A stretch of DNA of 64,000 nt, from contig JBBEBM010000004.1 of the NCBI GenBank assembly GCA_040882355.1, forward strand, positions 1 to 64,000, in the 5' to 3' direction. Of the stretch, positions 48,801 through 59,680 are shown piece after piece. The translations under genes were made by a program, and so were the position numbers. Position 1 is the stretch's first letter, and every line of letters starts with the position of its first letter. Below the pieces are notes generated by a model. The model saw only the letters and a list, made by a program, of their open reading frames with translations, did no database searches and had not been told where the DNA came from. The DNA comes from Dehalococcoidia bacterium. GTDB lineage: Bacteria > Chloroflexota > Dehalococcoidia > DSTF01 > RBG-16-68-14.

Positions 48801-51800
48801 GGACAAGGCGTGCGGATCGAGGCGGCCGCGGCCGGCCAGGCTACAGGAAACGTGCTGCACGGCAACTACATTGGCACAGAGTTCACGGCCGAGACCGCGC
48901 TCCCGAACGCCGGCGCCGGCGTCGCGATCAGCGCGTCCGGCAACACCGTCGGCGGCGATACAATGGAAGAAGCCAACGTCATCTCCGCAAACGGCGGAGA
49001 TGGCATTTCGCTCCGCGTGGGCGCGACGAACAACACCGTGTCCGGCAACTTCATCGGGACGGACAAGGACGGCCAGACGGACCTTGGCAATGCATTGCGA
49101 GGCGTGCTGCTCGATGGCGTGCCCCTCGCCGTCACGAACAACGTCATCGGAGGCGGCGCGGCCGGCGAGCGCAACATCATCTCCGGCAACTTCATCGGCG
49201 TCGAGCTGAACGCGGCGAACGGAAACACGGTGCGGGGCAACTACATCGGCACCGGGGCCGACGGTGACACCGCCATCGCGAACGACGAGGGCGGCGTATA
49301 CATCGCCTCCGGCGACAACAACCAGCTTCTCACCAACGTGATCTCCGGGAACGACGCGCCTGGCGTCGAGGTCCAGAGTGTCGCGGGAGTGGGAGACGGC
49401 CGCGCGACAGGGAACCTTGTTCGCGGCAACGTCATCGGACTCGATTTCGACGCTGAGTTCGAGGTCCCGAACCGGGGCGCGGGGGTGTTCCTCCTCAATA
49501 CAAGCGACAATGTGATCGGCGGCTCAGGCCCGGCCGAGCGCAACGTCATCGCCGGGAACCTCGAGTCGCTGAGCGTTCCCGATGAGCTGGACGGCTCGGG
49601 CGTCATCATTGAAAGCAGCGACGTGCCTGAAGATGGCGGTGACAACACCGTCCTCGGCAACTACATCGGTCTCGAGAAGGACGGCATCCGCGCTGTGCCC
49701 AACGAGGGCTCCGGCGTCGCGGTCAGGGACTCAGCGGGCAACACCATCGGCGGCACCGGGCCCGGTGAGCGGCAGGTCATCTCCGGCAACACCGAGGACG
49801 AGATCGTCCTCGAAGGGGCCGGGGCGAATGACAACGTCATCGCCGGCAACAACATCGGCACGAACGCGGCAGGCACCCTTTCGGTCACGGCCGCCAGCGG
49901 CGTCGGCATCTACCTGGCAGGCGCCCACAATAACTTCATCGGCGGCACGAACACCGCCGTCGGCGGCCCCTGTGTGGCCGCCTGCAACCTCATCTCGCTC
50001 CTCCACACCGGCATCCTGATCGAAGGCACGACCGGCACGAACAACGTCATCGAAGGCAACTACATCGGCACGAATCCGGCGGCCACCCTCGATCTGGGCA
50101 ACGTAAACGGCGTCGTCATCAACGGCGCCGACAACAACACCGTTGGCAGCACGTCGGCCTTCGGTCGCAACGTCATCTCCGGCAACGACATCGCCGGCGT
50201 CCTGCTCGACAGCGGCACGACGGGGAACACCGTGCTTGGCAACTTCATCGGCACCGGCCCGACGGGCGCTGGCTCGCTCGGTAACGGTACCGGCGTCTGG
50301 ATCGCTGACTCGCCCGGCAATACCGTCGGGGGCACCTCTGCCGGCGCCGGCAACGTGATCGCCAACAGCAGCGACCCGGCGCGAGGGGGCGTGCTCGTCG
50401 AAGGGCTGAACGCGATCGAGAACCCGATCCGGGCGAACTCGATCCACAGCAACGCGGGCAAGGGCATCGAGAACATCGTCGGCGGGAACTTCTCGCTCGC
50501 GCCGCCCGTCATCACCGGCGTGCTTGGCTCTGCCACCGGCACCGCCTGCGCCATCTGTACCATCGACGTCTTCTCAGACGATGAGGACGAGGGCCGCACC
50601 TACCACGGGTCGACGCTTTCGAACGGCGCCGGCGCGTGGACGTTCTTCGGGCTCCTCGCCGGACCGAACGTCACCGCCACAGCGACCGACGGCGACGGCA
50701 ACACCTCGGAGTTCTCGGCGCCCTTCCCGATCTCGCCAAACGACCCCGATGCCGATGGCGTCGCGAACGCCACGGAGAACGGCGCGCCCAACAACGGCGA
50801 CGGCAACAGCGACGGCACGCCAGACAGTCAGCAGGTGAACGTCACCTCGCTGCCCAACGACGAAGATGGCGGCTACCTCACGCTCGCGGTGGCTGCGCCG
50901 GCGCGGCTCGTGGACGTCGATGCCATCGACAAGCCCTCGCCGGGTGATGCGCCGCCGGGTATCGAGTTTCCGCTCGGCTTCGTCGACTTCTCGATTGTCG
51001 GTCTCGACCCGGGCGCAGCGACGAAGGTAACGCTGACCGACCACTCGAGCGCGACTATCGATTCGTACTACAAGTACGGCTCGACGGCAGGCACGCCCGC
51101 CGACCACTGGTACGAGTTCCCCTTCGACGGCACGACCGGCGCGCAGATCGCCGGCAACCAGGTCAGCCTGAGCTTCGTCGACGGCCAACGAGGCGACGAC
51201 GACCTGCTCGCCAACGGCGTGATCGTGGAACCGGGCGGGCCGGGCCGGCACGGCGCCACGCCCACGCCGACACGGACCGCCACGCCCACGAACACTCCCC
51301 TGCCGCCGCCCGCGCCCAAGATTCGCGCCGGACAGTCGCACACCTGCGTCATCACGTCGGAGCAGCGCCTGCAGTGCTGGGGCTCGAACATCTTCGGGCA
51401 GCTCGGCGACGGCTCGACATCCACCAGCGCCCTGCCTGTCAACGTCTGCGCTACGGGCGCCACACCGCCTTGTTCGTCCGCGAACGGTAACGTGCTCACG
51501 GGCGTCAGCGACGCGGGCGCCGGCATCTACCACACCTGCGCGCTGATGACCGGCGGTACGGTGAAGTGCTGGGGCCGCAACGACCGCGGCCAGCTCGGTG
51601 ACGGAACGACGACCGACCGCTTGACGCCGGTCGACGTCTGCGCGGTCGGCGCGACGCCGCCCTGTTCGGTCGCGAACGGAAACGCGCTCACCAACGTCAC
51701 CGCCATCGCCTCGAGCTACTACCACAGCTGTGCCCTCATCGCGGGCGGCAGCGTCCGCTGTTGGGGCTACGGCGGCGGTGGGCGGCTGGGCGTGGTCACC

Positions 51801-53486
51801 CCACCTGAGACCTGCAACGCCATGCTCGAGCCCTGCAGCACGAAGCCGATCAGCGTGGCCATCGTCGGCAGCGGGAACACCGCGATCACCGCCGGTGCCG
51901 GCTGGACGTGCACGCTCAACGGCGGCGCCGCGCCCTGCTGGGGTGCACCAGCCATCGGCGGGCCGATGGGGGCGAACATATATTACGTATGCGCGACGGC
52001 AACAAATCCGTGCGCCGCATTGGGCGGCATCGTCGCGATCGACGCCGGCGACAACCACGGCTGCGCGCTGCTCAACACCGGCTACCTGAGGTGCTGGGGC
52101 CACACCGCCGATGGTCAGCTCGGCCACGGGCCGGGCAACACCGCCGCCTGGAACGTCTCCGTCTACGCCTGCGCCACCGGCGCGACGTCGCCATGCGCGG
52201 TCGGGAACGCCAACGCGCTCACCGGTATCGAGAGTGTGAACGCGGGCGGCGACCACACCTGCGCTGTCATGATCGGCGGCGCCGCCAAGTGCTGGGGCGA
52301 CAACGACGGCGACCAGATCAACCCGCCGGGCGCCGTGGGTAGCGGGACGAATATCGATGCGTACACTCCGGTGGACGTCTGCGCGACCGGCGCCACCGCG
52401 CCCTGCTCGACGGCAAACGGCAATCACCTGAAAGCAGTCGATCACCTGGCGCTCGGGCGTCTGCACTCGTGCGCAGTGATGGATGGCGGCGGCGTCAAGT
52501 GTTGGGGCGCCGGCTACGGGAACACGCCCGTGGACTTCACGCTCAAGGGCCCCACGCCTACGCCCTCGCAGACGCCCACGCGCACACCGACGATCACGCC
52601 GGGCGGCCCGGCGACCAGCACGCCGACGCGCACCCGCACGCCGACGCCCACGGCCTCGCTTACGCCCACGCCCACCTTCACCCGTACACCCACCCGCACG
52701 CCGACTCGCACGCCCACGCCAACGCGCACAGCGACGCCGACGCAGACCCCGCTCGGCGGCGGGACGAAGCGGATGGAGGGCACGACGTCGCAAGGACAAG
52801 AGATCTATCTGGACGTGGCCTTTGACGGCACGCGCGTCTTCCTCTTCCACTACGTATGGACTTGCGGCGCGGGCCCTGTCACAACCGTCGAGGGCAACTT
52901 CACGGGCCAGTACACTGTGACGGGCGGCACCTTCAAGCTGCATTTCATGGGCACGGCCGACACAAGCATCACCGGTACGCTCAACAGCTCGTCGGCCGGC
53001 GGCACCCTCACCGGCCACGTCGACTCTTCCAATTGCAGCACCGGCACCATCACGTGGAACGCGGCCAGCGTCGTGCCCGGGACCGACTCCGACAGCGACG
53101 GCTGCTCAGACGCGCAGGAGAACGGCCCGAACGCGCAAAGCGGCGGCGAGCGCGACCCCGACATCTTCTGGGACTTCTTCGACGTGCCGACGGGTTCGCC
53201 GCTCCAGCGTGACCGGGCCGTGACCGCGGGCGACGTCGCTGCTGTTGTCTCGCGCTTCGGCTCAAACGACGGCTCGCCAGGTTCGTTCAACCGCAACAGC
53301 GACCCCCTCTCGACCCCGAACGCCGCTATCCAGCCATCGGGGGCGCGCGCCAACTACCACCCGGCCTACGATCGCGGCGGCGGCACGCCCGGCGGCGATC
53401 CCTGGGACCTGCTGCCTCCGGATGGCTCGGTCACCGCTGGAGACATCGCTTCAGCAGTCGTCCAGTTCGGCCATAGCTGCGCATAG
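45885..53486 (+). CDS. Giant multidomain surface protein (~2,530 aa): RCC1, CSLREA-like, beta-helix, choice-of-anchor-U-like, RCC1, PT linker, dockerin/flexitail-like tail
   Basis: TTG start after GAGGTG; CWG repeats; VNSTDD...[11 protein letters not shown]; many NVISGN/GNYIGT repeats; YYKYG...DGQRGDDD...[14 protein letters not shown]...WDFFDV. Confidence 0.88.
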   Translation: MRSRRGLLLPIICGLIAASGIFWSPAAANPPSTVGGVISVSLGGHHTCALVEDDPGTPGYGVKCWGGNSAGQLGINTQSDFSAPVSVSGLEGGVTAIATGFQHTCAVMTTTRLKCWGDNSYGQVGNGTSGNVWLGAIEVCTSGAGFGCVGGAPLTGVVGVSAGDRHTCALIDDGPEATGETLRCWGGNHLGQLGTGDGGDDAPFQPLPVAPSGPNFISVSAGGHNTCAVNTSGVLFCWGNNFSGQLGTGSAPDTDSSNGSMGSSDPCSAGIEDEAMCISTPVAVPGLVPTVGVSAGQTTCALTTAGGAKCWGFNAHGEVGNGTRVTVIDEPQNIGFAEPDPQDVTGLASGVAQIGDSCALTVTDAVLCWGDNIYGGVGSGVLDLSDSNELTPVTVVGLSSGVESIGTSAHNCAVMTVGNVKCWGLNNFYQLGAPSDICYPGGVFAQPCSPTPLEVLFAFVVNSTDDEGDFSTADNICEADAPGVPGVRCTLAAAIEQANATPGPNTILFGIPGTAPFVFQPGSAYPEITERLTIDATSQPGYAPGAPVVVLDGTNAGEDVDGLRLSGGLSKVRGLVIGGFSRDGIVLADSSATVVEANFIGVNQTGAAAFGNGGAGIAVTNSAHNIIGGITKANVRNVISGNGGSGIGISGGESDGNVIQGNYIGTLADGETALGNDLGIHVTSSGGTIDGTIIGGDDPAARNVISANEDYGVIIEHGVASVIENNRIGTDFSGLHTDPDGQPDTGDELGNGSAGVGLSGGTESTHVRNNVISGNQVGVYIFTPNPASPSSFNLVVGNKIGVDVLGETALPNQGDGVNIENSPANSIGSPIDGEANVISGNGASGVEIVGAASTSNDVRANFIGTDDDGQEAVANGLFGIALTGGATSNTIGDDTAASFGNVIAGHETAGVFIEAGSDSNVIGHNYIGTDFSGTETDPDGVPASGDELGNDVGVYIQNSDANQLIKNLISGNGQGVRIEAAAAGQATGNVLHGNYIGTEFTAETALPNAGAGVAISASGNTVGGDTMEEANVISANGGDGISLRVGATNNTVSGNFIGTDKDGQTDLGNALRGVLLDGVPLAVTNNVIGGGAAGERNIISGNFIGVELNAANGNTVRGNYIGTGADGDTAIANDEGGVYIASGDNNQLLTNVISGNDAPGVEVQSVAGVGDGRATGNLVRGNVIGLDFDAEFEVPNRGAGVFLLNTSDNVIGGSGPAERNVIAGNLESLSVPDELDGSGVIIESSDVPEDGGDNTVLGNYIGLEKDGIRAVPNEGSGVAVRDSAGNTIGGTGPGERQVISGNTEDEIVLEGAGANDNVIAGNNIGTNAAGTLSVTAASGVGIYLAGAHNNFIGGTNTAVGGPCVAACNLISLLHTGILIEGTTGTNNVIEGNYIGTNPAATLDLGNVNGVVINGADNNTVGSTSAFGRNVISGNDIAGVLLDSGTTGNTVLGNFIGTGPTGAGSLGNGTGVWIADSPGNTVGGTSAGAGNVIANSSDPARGGVLVEGLNAIENPIRANSIHSNAGKGIENIVGGNFSLAPPVITGVLGSATGTACAICTIDVFSDDEDEGRTYHGSTLSNGAGAWTFFGLLAGPNVTATATDGDGNTSEFSAPFPISPNDPDADGVANATENGAPNNGDGNSDGTPDSQQVNVTSLPNDEDGGYLTLAVAAPARLVDVDAIDKPSPGDAPPGIEFPLGFVDFSIVGLDPGAATKVTLTDHSSATIDSYYKYGSTAGTPADHWYEFPFDGTTGAQIAGNQVSLSFVDGQRGDDDLLANGVIVEPGGPGRHGATPTPTRTATPTNTPLPPPAPKIRAGQSHTCVITSEQRLQCWGSNIFGQLGDGSTSTSALPVNVCATGATPPCSSANGNVLTGVSDAGAGIYHTCALMTGGTVKCWGRNDRGQLGDGTTTDRLTPVDVCAVGATPPCSVANGNALTNVTAIASSYYHSCALIAGGSVRCWGYGGGGRLGVVTPPETCNAMLEPCSTKPISVAIVGSGNTAITAGAGWTCTLNGGAAPCWGAPAIGGPMGANIYYVCATATNPCAALGGIVAIDAGDNHGCALLNTGYLRCWGHTADGQLGHGPGNTAAWNVSVYACATGATSPCAVGNANALTGIESVNAGGDHTCAVMIGGAAKCWGDNDGDQINPPGAVGSGTNIDAYTPVDVCATGATAPCSTANGNHLKAVDHLALGRLHSCAVMDGGGVKCWGAGYGNTPVDFTLKGPTPTPSQTPTRTPTITPGGPATSTPTRTRTPTPTASLTPTPTFTRTPTRTPTRTPTPTRTATPTQTPLGGGTKRMEGTTSQGQEIYLDVAFDGTRVFLFHYVWTCGAGPVTTVEGNFTGQYTVTGGTFKLHFMGTADTSITGTLNSSSAGGTLTGHVDSSNCSTGTITWNAASVVPGTDSDSDGCSDAQENGPNAQSGGERDPDIFWDFFDVPTGSPLQRDRAVTAGDVAAVVSRFGSNDGSPGSFNRNSDPLSTPNAAIQPSGARANYHPAYDRGGGTPGGDPWDLLPPDGSVTAGDIASAVVQFGHSCA

Positions 53487-53565
53487 CCGGCTGACCCCGC
53501 CAAGCGCGCCGCCCGGCGCTCATCCGGCCGCCTGCTGGGCGGCACGGCTGAACGCCCTAGACGGC

Positions 53566-55005
53566 TTAGCGGCGCTTGACGGAGCGGGCGAGCGCGGCCC
53601 TGGCGGCCCAGTAGCCGCACATGCCGTGCACACCGGGGCCGGGCGGCGTCGACGACGAGCAGATGTAGACGCCCTCGGCGGGCGTTCGATAGGGGGACGC
53701 GCTCCGTGTCGGGCGGAAGAACAACTGCAGGCCCCCGGCCGAGCCGCCCGCGATGTCACCGCCCACGTAGTTGGCGTTGTACTGCTGGAGTTGGGCGGGC
53801 GTGAGCACGCTGCGCGCGAGCACCCGGTCGCGGAAGCCCGGCGCGAATCGCTCGATCTGGGCCTCGATACGCTCCGTCATATCGACCGTGGAGCCGTTGG
53901 GCACGTGGCAGTAAGTCCAGGCTGTGTGCTTCCCCTCAGGGGCGCGCGTCGAGTCGAAGAGGCTCGGCTGCGCGACGATGACGTAGGGTCGGTCGGGATG
54001 CTCGCCTCGCGCGACGGCCCGCTCGGCTGCCGCGATCTCGTCCATCGTGCCGCCCACGTGGACCGTGCCGGCGCGGCGGCACGCTTCGGCCTGCCAGGGA
54101 ATCGGCGCGTCCAGGGCGTAGTCGATCTTGAACGCCGCGCCGCCGTAGCGGTATCGCTCCAGCGCGCGCCGGTAGCCGGCCGGCAGTCGCGTCCCGGCGA
54201 TCTCGACCACCTGGCGCGGCGTGACGTCGAGCATGAAGGCTCGCGCGGGCGAGAGCTCATCGAGCGAAGAGACAGGGGTCCCGGTAATCACCTCGCCGCC
54301 AAGCGAGCCGAGGTGCGCGACGAGCGCGTCCGCGACCCGCTGCGATCCGCCGCGCGCGAACGGCCAGCCGGCCGAGTGGCCGGCCGTCGCCAGGACCAGC
54401 GCGAACGACGCGGTGAGCGGCTGATCGAGCGGGAGCGTGGCGTGGGCGGCGATGCCCGCGAACAGCGCCCGCGCCGGTTCGTCCTTGAAGTGGCGGCGGG
54501 CCAGGGACCGCGCCGAGCGCAACGCGCTGAGCCCGAACCGCGCGAGCAGCAGCGGATGGCGTGGCGGCCGGAGCATGGGGCCGAGCAACTGTGCCGCAAG
54601 CTCATCCCATCCGGCAACCAGCGGCGCGAAGAGGCGATGGTAGGACGCGCCGTCCGGGCCTAACCCGCGGGCCGTCGCTGTGAGCGATCGCTCCAGAACG
54701 ACGGCTTCGCCGCCATCGAGCGGGTGGGCGAGCGGCAGGTCTGGATGGACCCAGTCGAGGCCGTGGTCGCGCAGGGGCAGCGTGCGGAAGTAGGGAGAGG
54801 CCGCGCCGAAGGCGTGCACCGCTGAGCAGATGTCGTGAACGAAGCCCGGAAGCGTAACCTCCGCCGAGCGGCTTCCTCCGCCCGGCGTCTCGCTCGCTTC
54901 AAAGACGGTGACGCTGCGGCCGGCCTGAGCAAGCGCAATGGCGGCGGCGAGACCGTTCGGCCCGGAACCGACTACGATGTCATGCGGAGCTTGTCTCTCA
55001 CGCAA
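53566..55005 (-). CDS. Phytoene dehydrogenase-like FAD oxidoreductase
   Basis: VVGSGPNGL, LPGFVHDICSAVH, GGSQ, NANYVGGDI, CSSSTPPGPGVHGMCG; start uncertain. Confidence 0.88.
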   Translation of the reverse strand: MRERQAPHDIVVGSGPNGLAAAIALAQAGRSVTVFEASETPGGGSRSAEVTLPGFVHDICSAVHAFGAASPYFRTLPLRDHGLDWVHPDLPLAHPLDGGEAVVLERSLTATARGLGPDGASYHRLFAPLVAGWDELAAQLLGPMLRPPRHPLLLARFGLSALRSARSLARRHFKDEPARALFAGIAAHATLPLDQPLTASFALVLATAGHSAGWPFARGGSQRVADALVAHLGSLGGEVITGTPVSSLDELSPARAFMLDVTPRQVVEIAGTRLPAGYRRALERYRYGGAAFKIDYALDAPIPWQAEACRRAGTVHVGGTMDEIAAAERAVARGEHPDRPYVIVAQPSLFDSTRAPEGKHTAWTYCHVPNGSTVDMTERIEAQIERFAPGFRDRVLARSVLTPAQLQQYNANYVGGDIAGGSAGGLQLFFRPTRSASPYRTPAEGVYICSSSTPPGPGVHGMCGYWAARAALARSVKRR

Positions 55006-55031
55006 GGGCGGGGTGACCGGCCTTGGACGGC

Positions 55032-55802
55032 CTAGCGCCCGCGTCGAAACGGCGCGGCTACCCAGCGGGCCGGCGCGGCCATGGTGTAGAGCGCCGAGCG
55101 GATGGCGGCGTTGTGCCAGACGTTCTTCGCCTGCGACCACTGTCGCCGGGGGTCGACGCAGGTGATCTGCATCGTCGGCTCGCTCTCGACTTCGAAGTGG
55201 CGAGCCAGCGCCCTGAGCGTGTCTTGCCAGAACTGGTCCTCCTTCGCGTAACCCCCCAGGCTCATGCCGATCTCGTACAGCGGATCACCGGTGCGGACCA
55301 GCACCTGCGTCTGCGCGACCGAGCTGGCGTCTTCCTCGAACGCGCTAAACGTGATCCAGCCGGCGAACATGTGGCCCTGCGGGGTCATCAGCGTGAACGA
55401 TTCGTCGTCCGCGTAGAGCACCATGACGCCGGTGGAGAGCTTGAGCGGCCCTTGCGAGAGGTTCAGGACAGCCACTTCGCCCGGCGCGACTCCGGTGATG
55501 GGGGCGTAGAAGCGGTTGCCCTTGGGCCAGAACGATGCGAAGTTGCTCTTCCAGGTCTGGATCACCTGGGCGGGTGTAGCCGAGCTCCCGCTCAGTCGAA
55601 TGCGGTAGGTCTTCTGCCACATCTTGCCGAAGCCCTGGAGCGGGCTGGTCAGACGCCGTCCCGAAACGTTGATGTTGACCGCGTCGCGCGGCATGTCGGG
55701 CGAGACGACCAGCTTCTCAACGGGCTGCGCCCAGTTCGGACTATCGTCCTGGCGCGAGCTTGCGCCTGTCCCGCCGGTGTCCCCCTGCGAATCGGTGGTC
55801 AT
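55032..55802 (-). CDS. Conserved hypothetical protein (DUF1990-like), last gene of the partner-switching operon
   Basis: AGGAGGGG RBS; PLQGFGKMWQKTY, FTLMTPQGHMFAGWITFS. Confidence 0.75.
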   Translation of the reverse strand: MTTDSQGDTGGTGASSRQDDSPNWAQPVEKLVVSPDMPRDAVNINVSGRRLTSPLQGFGKMWQKTYRIRLSGSSATPAQVIQTWKSNFASFWPKGNRFYAPITGVAPGEVAVLNLSQGPLKLSTGVMVLYADDESFTLMTPQGHMFAGWITFSAFEEDASSVAQTQVLVRTGDPLYEIGMSLGGYAKEDQFWQDTLRALARHFEVESEPTMQITCVDPRRQWSQAKNVWHNAAIRSALYTMAAPARWVAAPFRRGR

Positions 55803-55817
55803 GATCGAACCCCTCCT

Positions 55818-56177
55818 CTAGGCTGTGGCGACTTCTGCCAGCGCCGCCGCTTCGTCGTCGAAGATGCTGATCGCTTCGTCCAAGCGCGTCAGGCCAAAGA
55901 TCTGGCGGTAGTGCTCGTTGAGCCCGACGGCGACCAGGCGCTTGCCCTGCCGGTTCGCGCGGATGAGCAGGGTGACCAGCAGGCCGATGCCGCCACTGTT
56001 CATATACACCAGGCCGTTGAAGTTGAGCACGACGGCTTGCACGCCGGTGGCGGTCGCCTGCGTGTAGGCGTCCATCAGCACGTTTTCACAGAAGGACGTC
56101 ACCTCTCCTTCGATGTCCACGATGCTCGCCGCCCCGTCACCGCTTCGTACGTTCATCGCTACGCGAGCTTCCGGCAT
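55818..56177 (-). CDS. STAS anti-anti-sigma factor
   Basis: LNFNGLVYMNSGGIGLL with phospho-Ser; IFGLTRL. Confidence 0.92.
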   Translation of the reverse strand: MPEARVAMNVRSGDGAASIVDIEGEVTSFCENVLMDAYTQATATGVQAVVLNFNGLVYMNSGGIGLLVTLLIRANRQGKRLVAVGLNEHYRQIFGLTRLDEAISIFDDEAAALAEVATA

Positions 56178-56190
56178 TGCTGTCCCCCTC

Positions 56191-56562
56191 CTAGTTCTCT
56201 GCGGCCGCGGGCGCGGCAGCCCCGGCCAGCGCGCTCGCCTCGTCCGAGAAGATGTCCATGAAATCGGCCAGACGTGTGATCTGAAAGATCTCTCGATAGT
56301 GGTCGCTCAAATCGCAGGCGAACATGCGCCGCTGCGACTTCCGGGCCTGCGCGAGCAACCCGACGATGAGCGCGATACCGGTGCTGTTGATATACGCGAC
56401 ATTGTGGAAGTTCAGCAAGATGGCGCTTGGGCCCGTCTGTGTCGCTTCGGCGTAGGCGGCGTTCAACGTCTCCTCCGCGAAGGCATTAACGTCGCCCTTG
56501 AGTTCGATGATCGCCGTACCCTCTCGCCGGCGAACGGCCGCTTCGAAATGGCTATTCTCCAT
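56191..56562 (-). CDS. STAS anti-anti-sigma factor
   Basis: LNFHNVAYINSTGIALI; IFQITRL; AAGGAG RBS. Confidence 0.92.
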   Translation of the reverse strand: MENSHFEAAVRRREGTAIIELKGDVNAFAEETLNAAYAEATQTGPSAILLNFHNVAYINSTGIALIVGLLAQARKSQRRMFACDLSDHYREIFQITRLADFMDIFSDEASALAGAAAPAAAEN

Positions 56563-58177
56563 CGCCAGCTCCTTCCAACTTGAACACGAGCTCAATAGTG
56601 TGGTGGGTCTCGTCGCTCGTGACACGCATGTCGTCGACCATGTTCTTGATCAGAAAGAGGCCCCATCCGCGTGGCGTCTGCGCGCCGTCGAGCTTGCTCT
56701 CCAGGTCGGGCGCCTCGGGCTCCGGGATCGGTTTCCCGCCGCCGTGGTCGGTGACTCGAATCGCTAGCTCGCGGTCAGACGCTAGGAGCTGGATGGTCAC
56801 GGGTAGGTCGGCCTGGTTCTTGTTCCCGTGCTCGATGGCGTTCATTGTTGCCTCGGCGACGGCAGTCTTCAGGCGCTCCAGCCGGGAGGGCGCGATCGCG
56901 AGGCCCTGGACGGCCTCGGCCACGCGCTCCATCGCTGCGCGCTCGTTGCCCGGCTCGCTGGCGACCTCGAAGTCGGCCAGCACACGCGCGCCGTCATTCC
57001 CAACAGTCACGGAGTCCGGTTCGGGCAGCGCTCTCTTCGAATGGGAGGCGCTGGAGCGCTGGAGTGTGACGAGGGTGATGTCATCCTCCTGCTCGTGTTC
57101 TGGCCCGGCGAAGCTCGAGAGCTCCGCCAGCAGGTGATCGATGAGGCCGGCGCCGCCCGGGTGAGACCCCACCAGCCCCATCAGCTTCGGGAAACCGAAC
57201 ATCTCTCGCCGGGAGTTGTGCGCCTCAACCAGGCCGTCGCTGTGGAAGAGGACGCTTTCGCCGTGTTCCAGGACGACACGCTGCTCCTCGTAGACCATGC
57301 CGGGCATGAGGCCGAGCGGCATGCCTGTGGCACGGATCTCCCTGACGCCGCCTTCCGTCCGCAGGTACGGCAGGTTGTGGCCGGCGTTGGCGAAGTAGAG
57401 ATGCCCGCTCATCGTGTCGAGCACGGCGTACAGGCAGGTGACGAACATGTTTGGCGGGATGTCGGGATGGAGCAGATCGTTCACCCGCTGCAGCACCTGG
57501 CCGGGCGAATCGAGCCGGTCGGCGGCCGCTCGCAGGATGCTGCGCGTGGTGGCCATCACCAGGGCGGCGGGCACCCCCTTGTCACTGACGTCGCCGACGA
57601 CGATCCCCAGGTAGCCGTCAGGGAAGGCGATGAAGTCGTAGAAGTCGCCTCCTACGGCCTGGGCGGGCTGATAGAACGCTCCGATCTTCCACCCTGGCAG
57701 TTCGGGCAGGTTCTTGGGAAGAAGCGTCTGCTGGATGAGCCGGGCGACCTGCAGCTCCTGCTCCATCCGCTCACGCTCCTGGGCCTCGGCCTGCTGCTCC
57801 CGGACGAGCTGCGCGACGCGCACCGCCGGGGCCACTTGCGCGGCGAGGTTCTCGAGCAGCTTGAGATCGTCCAGGAGGTAGTCTTGCTCGCTGAGGCGCG
57901 GGCCCAGGTTGAGGAGCCCGATCAGCTCGCCCTGGCTGCGCAGGGGGACGGCCAGCCGGACGCCGGCCTCCTTGAGCGCCCTCGCGGCCGGCGAGTCGAT
58001 CCCGAGCTGCTGGACGTCGACGGGACCGTCCGCGCTCTGGAACAGCGCCACGATCGGGTCGTTCGGCGCAATGTCGACCACCGGCGGTTCCGCCTGGTTG
58101 CGGATCGTCGGCGCTTCGGCCGCGGTGGGCTCGGCCGGCCGGACCAACCTTCGAATCTGGTCCAAGAATCGTGTCAT
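56552..58177 (-). CDS. Half-GAF + SpoIIE/PP2C phosphatase + RsbW-like HATPase kinase
   Basis: AVPL...LIGLLNLG; VGGDFYDF, GDVSDKG, NAGH, SDGLVEA, DDIT; EATMNAIEHG, DHGGG, RGWGLFLI; ATGA-coupled start. Confidence 0.92.
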   Translation of the reverse strand: MTRFLDQIRRLVRPAEPTAAEAPTIRNQAEPPVVDIAPNDPIVALFQSADGPVDVQQLGIDSPAARALKEAGVRLAVPLRSQGELIGLLNLGPRLSEQDYLLDDLKLLENLAAQVAPAVRVAQLVREQQAEAQERERMEQELQVARLIQQTLLPKNLPELPGWKIGAFYQPAQAVGGDFYDFIAFPDGYLGIVVGDVSDKGVPAALVMATTRSILRAAADRLDSPGQVLQRVNDLLHPDIPPNMFVTCLYAVLDTMSGHLYFANAGHNLPYLRTEGGVREIRATGMPLGLMPGMVYEEQRVVLEHGESVLFHSDGLVEAHNSRREMFGFPKLMGLVGSHPGGAGLIDHLLAELSSFAGPEHEQEDDITLVTLQRSSASHSKRALPEPDSVTVGNDGARVLADFEVASEPGNERAAMERVAEAVQGLAIAPSRLERLKTAVAEATMNAIEHGNKNQADLPVTIQLLASDRELAIRVTDHGGGKPIPEPEAPDLESKLDGAQTPRGWGLFLIKNMVDDMRVTSDETHHTIELVFKLEGAGDGE

Positions 58178-59622
58178 CTCGCTGTATCCATACCAGAGTC
58201 CCGTCCCGAGATCGTTACGAAGCGGCCCGGCTCCCGCCCGTTCTCCGGCGCCGGAGCCGCCGGAGGTGCAGGCGCCAGCCACAGGGAGACGTGGGCCGGC
58301 TGCATGGTCTCTTCGGCCACGGCCAGCAGGTCCAGGCGGATCGCGTCGAGATCGACTTCGTCGCGAATGCGGGCGGCGAACGCCTCCAGCGTGCGGGCGG
58401 CATCGTACTTGCGCCGGTAGAACGCCCGGTCGACGGCCCGCTGGATGCCGCTTCGTGCGGGACGGAACAGCGCAGCGACGGCGAGCGTGGTGCTCACGAT
58501 CGCCAGGTCTGAGCTGCCGGTCAGCGGCCGGAAGAGCAGCCCCAACAGCACCACGCCGGCGAAGTACGCCAGACCCAGGATGCCGGTCAGCGCCGTGTAG
58601 ACGAGGGCGCGATTCACCACGCGGTCGATGTCCCAGAGTCGATAGCGCACCATCACCAGGAAGAGCGTGATCGGGATCGTGGCGAAGAGCGGCGGAAACA
58701 CGCGGAAGAGCACCCTGTTGAGCGCCTCCGACACGTTAGACTCGCCTTCGCCTACGACGAGGAGCGGGATGGCGAAGATGACCGCGACCAAGAAGACGAG
58801 CGTCAAGAGGGAGAGGACGATACGCGACTGCTGCCGTTCTTCCGGCGTCGCCGCGTGGCGCAAGCGCATTGTCTGCGAGGCGATTCCAGCGACGGGGATC
58901 AGCACGCCGAACAGGGCCACGAATCCCGTTGGATCTCCGTGGAACCCCCCCATGATGATGAAGCCGGCGAAGACCAAGATCAGGCCCGGGACATACAGAG
59001 GGATGCGCTGGAATCCGCGCAGCTCCGGGAAGTGGAACGCCGGCCTCCCGTCCGGGAACAGGAGCATGGCGAGGACGTAGGCGACGCCCGCAATCAGGTG
59101 GAAATTGCCGTGCGTGGCCTCGATCAGGACGGCAGGCATGATCTGGAGGGAGGTGTGCGACTGGAGGTTGAACACCGCGCCCGTGCCGACCATCCCGACC
59201 GCCAGCAGCCGCGCGGCCCAGTCCCTCGGCCGGAGCCAGACCAGGAAGACACCCAGCGCGATGTTGACGGCGCTGAAGATGTACTCGAGGATGACCAGGC
59301 CGCCGGGCTGGCGGCCGGCCAGGCCATAGTCCTCCGAGACGACGCCGCGGGAGGCGATCGCCGCCCGGTCTGCCATCACCTCGCACCAGCGTGGAAGGCC
59401 GGGCTGCCCATCGCCGGCACCTTCAAGGGCGGACTTCAGTGACGGGAAGGCGTGCGCGACGGCGGGCGTCAACCCGACCAAGAGCCAGAAGAGTGCGGCG
59501 CCCACGTAGGCAGCGAAGAAGATGAAGAACGCGTAATTTTCCAGCCGGCTGCCGAGGCCTTTGTTGAATCGACGCACGACGGCCACGACGATGACCGCGA
59601 CGAGAACCACCTGGAAGATCAC
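58174..59622 (-). CDS. Multi-pass membrane sensor ending in an N-terminal half-GAF (paralog 3)
   Basis: LLFPDG, RYRLWDID, DRAFYRRKYDAARTLEAF.ARIRDEVDL...QPAHVSLWL. Confidence 0.8.
   Translation of the reverse strand: MIFQVVLVAVIVVAVVRRFNKGLGSRLENYAFFIFFAAYVGAALFWLLVGLTPAVAHAFPSLKSALEGAGDGQPGLPRWCEVMADRAAIASRGVVSEDYGLAGRQPGGLVILEYIFSAVNIALGVFLVWLRPRDWAARLLAVGMVGTGAVFNLQSHTSLQIMPAVLIEATHGNFHLIAGVAYVLAMLLFPDGRPAFHFPELRGFQRIPLYVPGLILVFAGFIIMGGFHGDPTGFVALFGVLIPVAGIASQTMRLRHAATPEERQQSRIVLSLLTLVFLVAVIFAIPLLVVGEGESNVSEALNRVLFRVFPPLFATIPITLFLVMVRYRLWDIDRVVNRALVYTALTGILGLAYFAGVVLLGLLFRPLTGSSDLAIVSTTLAVAALFRPARSGIQRAVDRAFYRRKYDAARTLEAFAARIRDEVDLDAIRLDLLAVAEETMQPAHVSLWLAPAPPAAPAPENGREPGRFVTISGRDSGMDTAR
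58187..58218 (-). promoter_or_regulatory. Direct-repeat box + -10 (copy 1)
   Basis: GTAACG-ATCTC-GGGACG-N9-TATGGA. Confidence 0.6.
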
Positions 59623-59680
59623 GCTGCGCTCTCCACTGCCCTGAACAAATCGCGCTCCAGTTTACGCACAATCCACGCTC

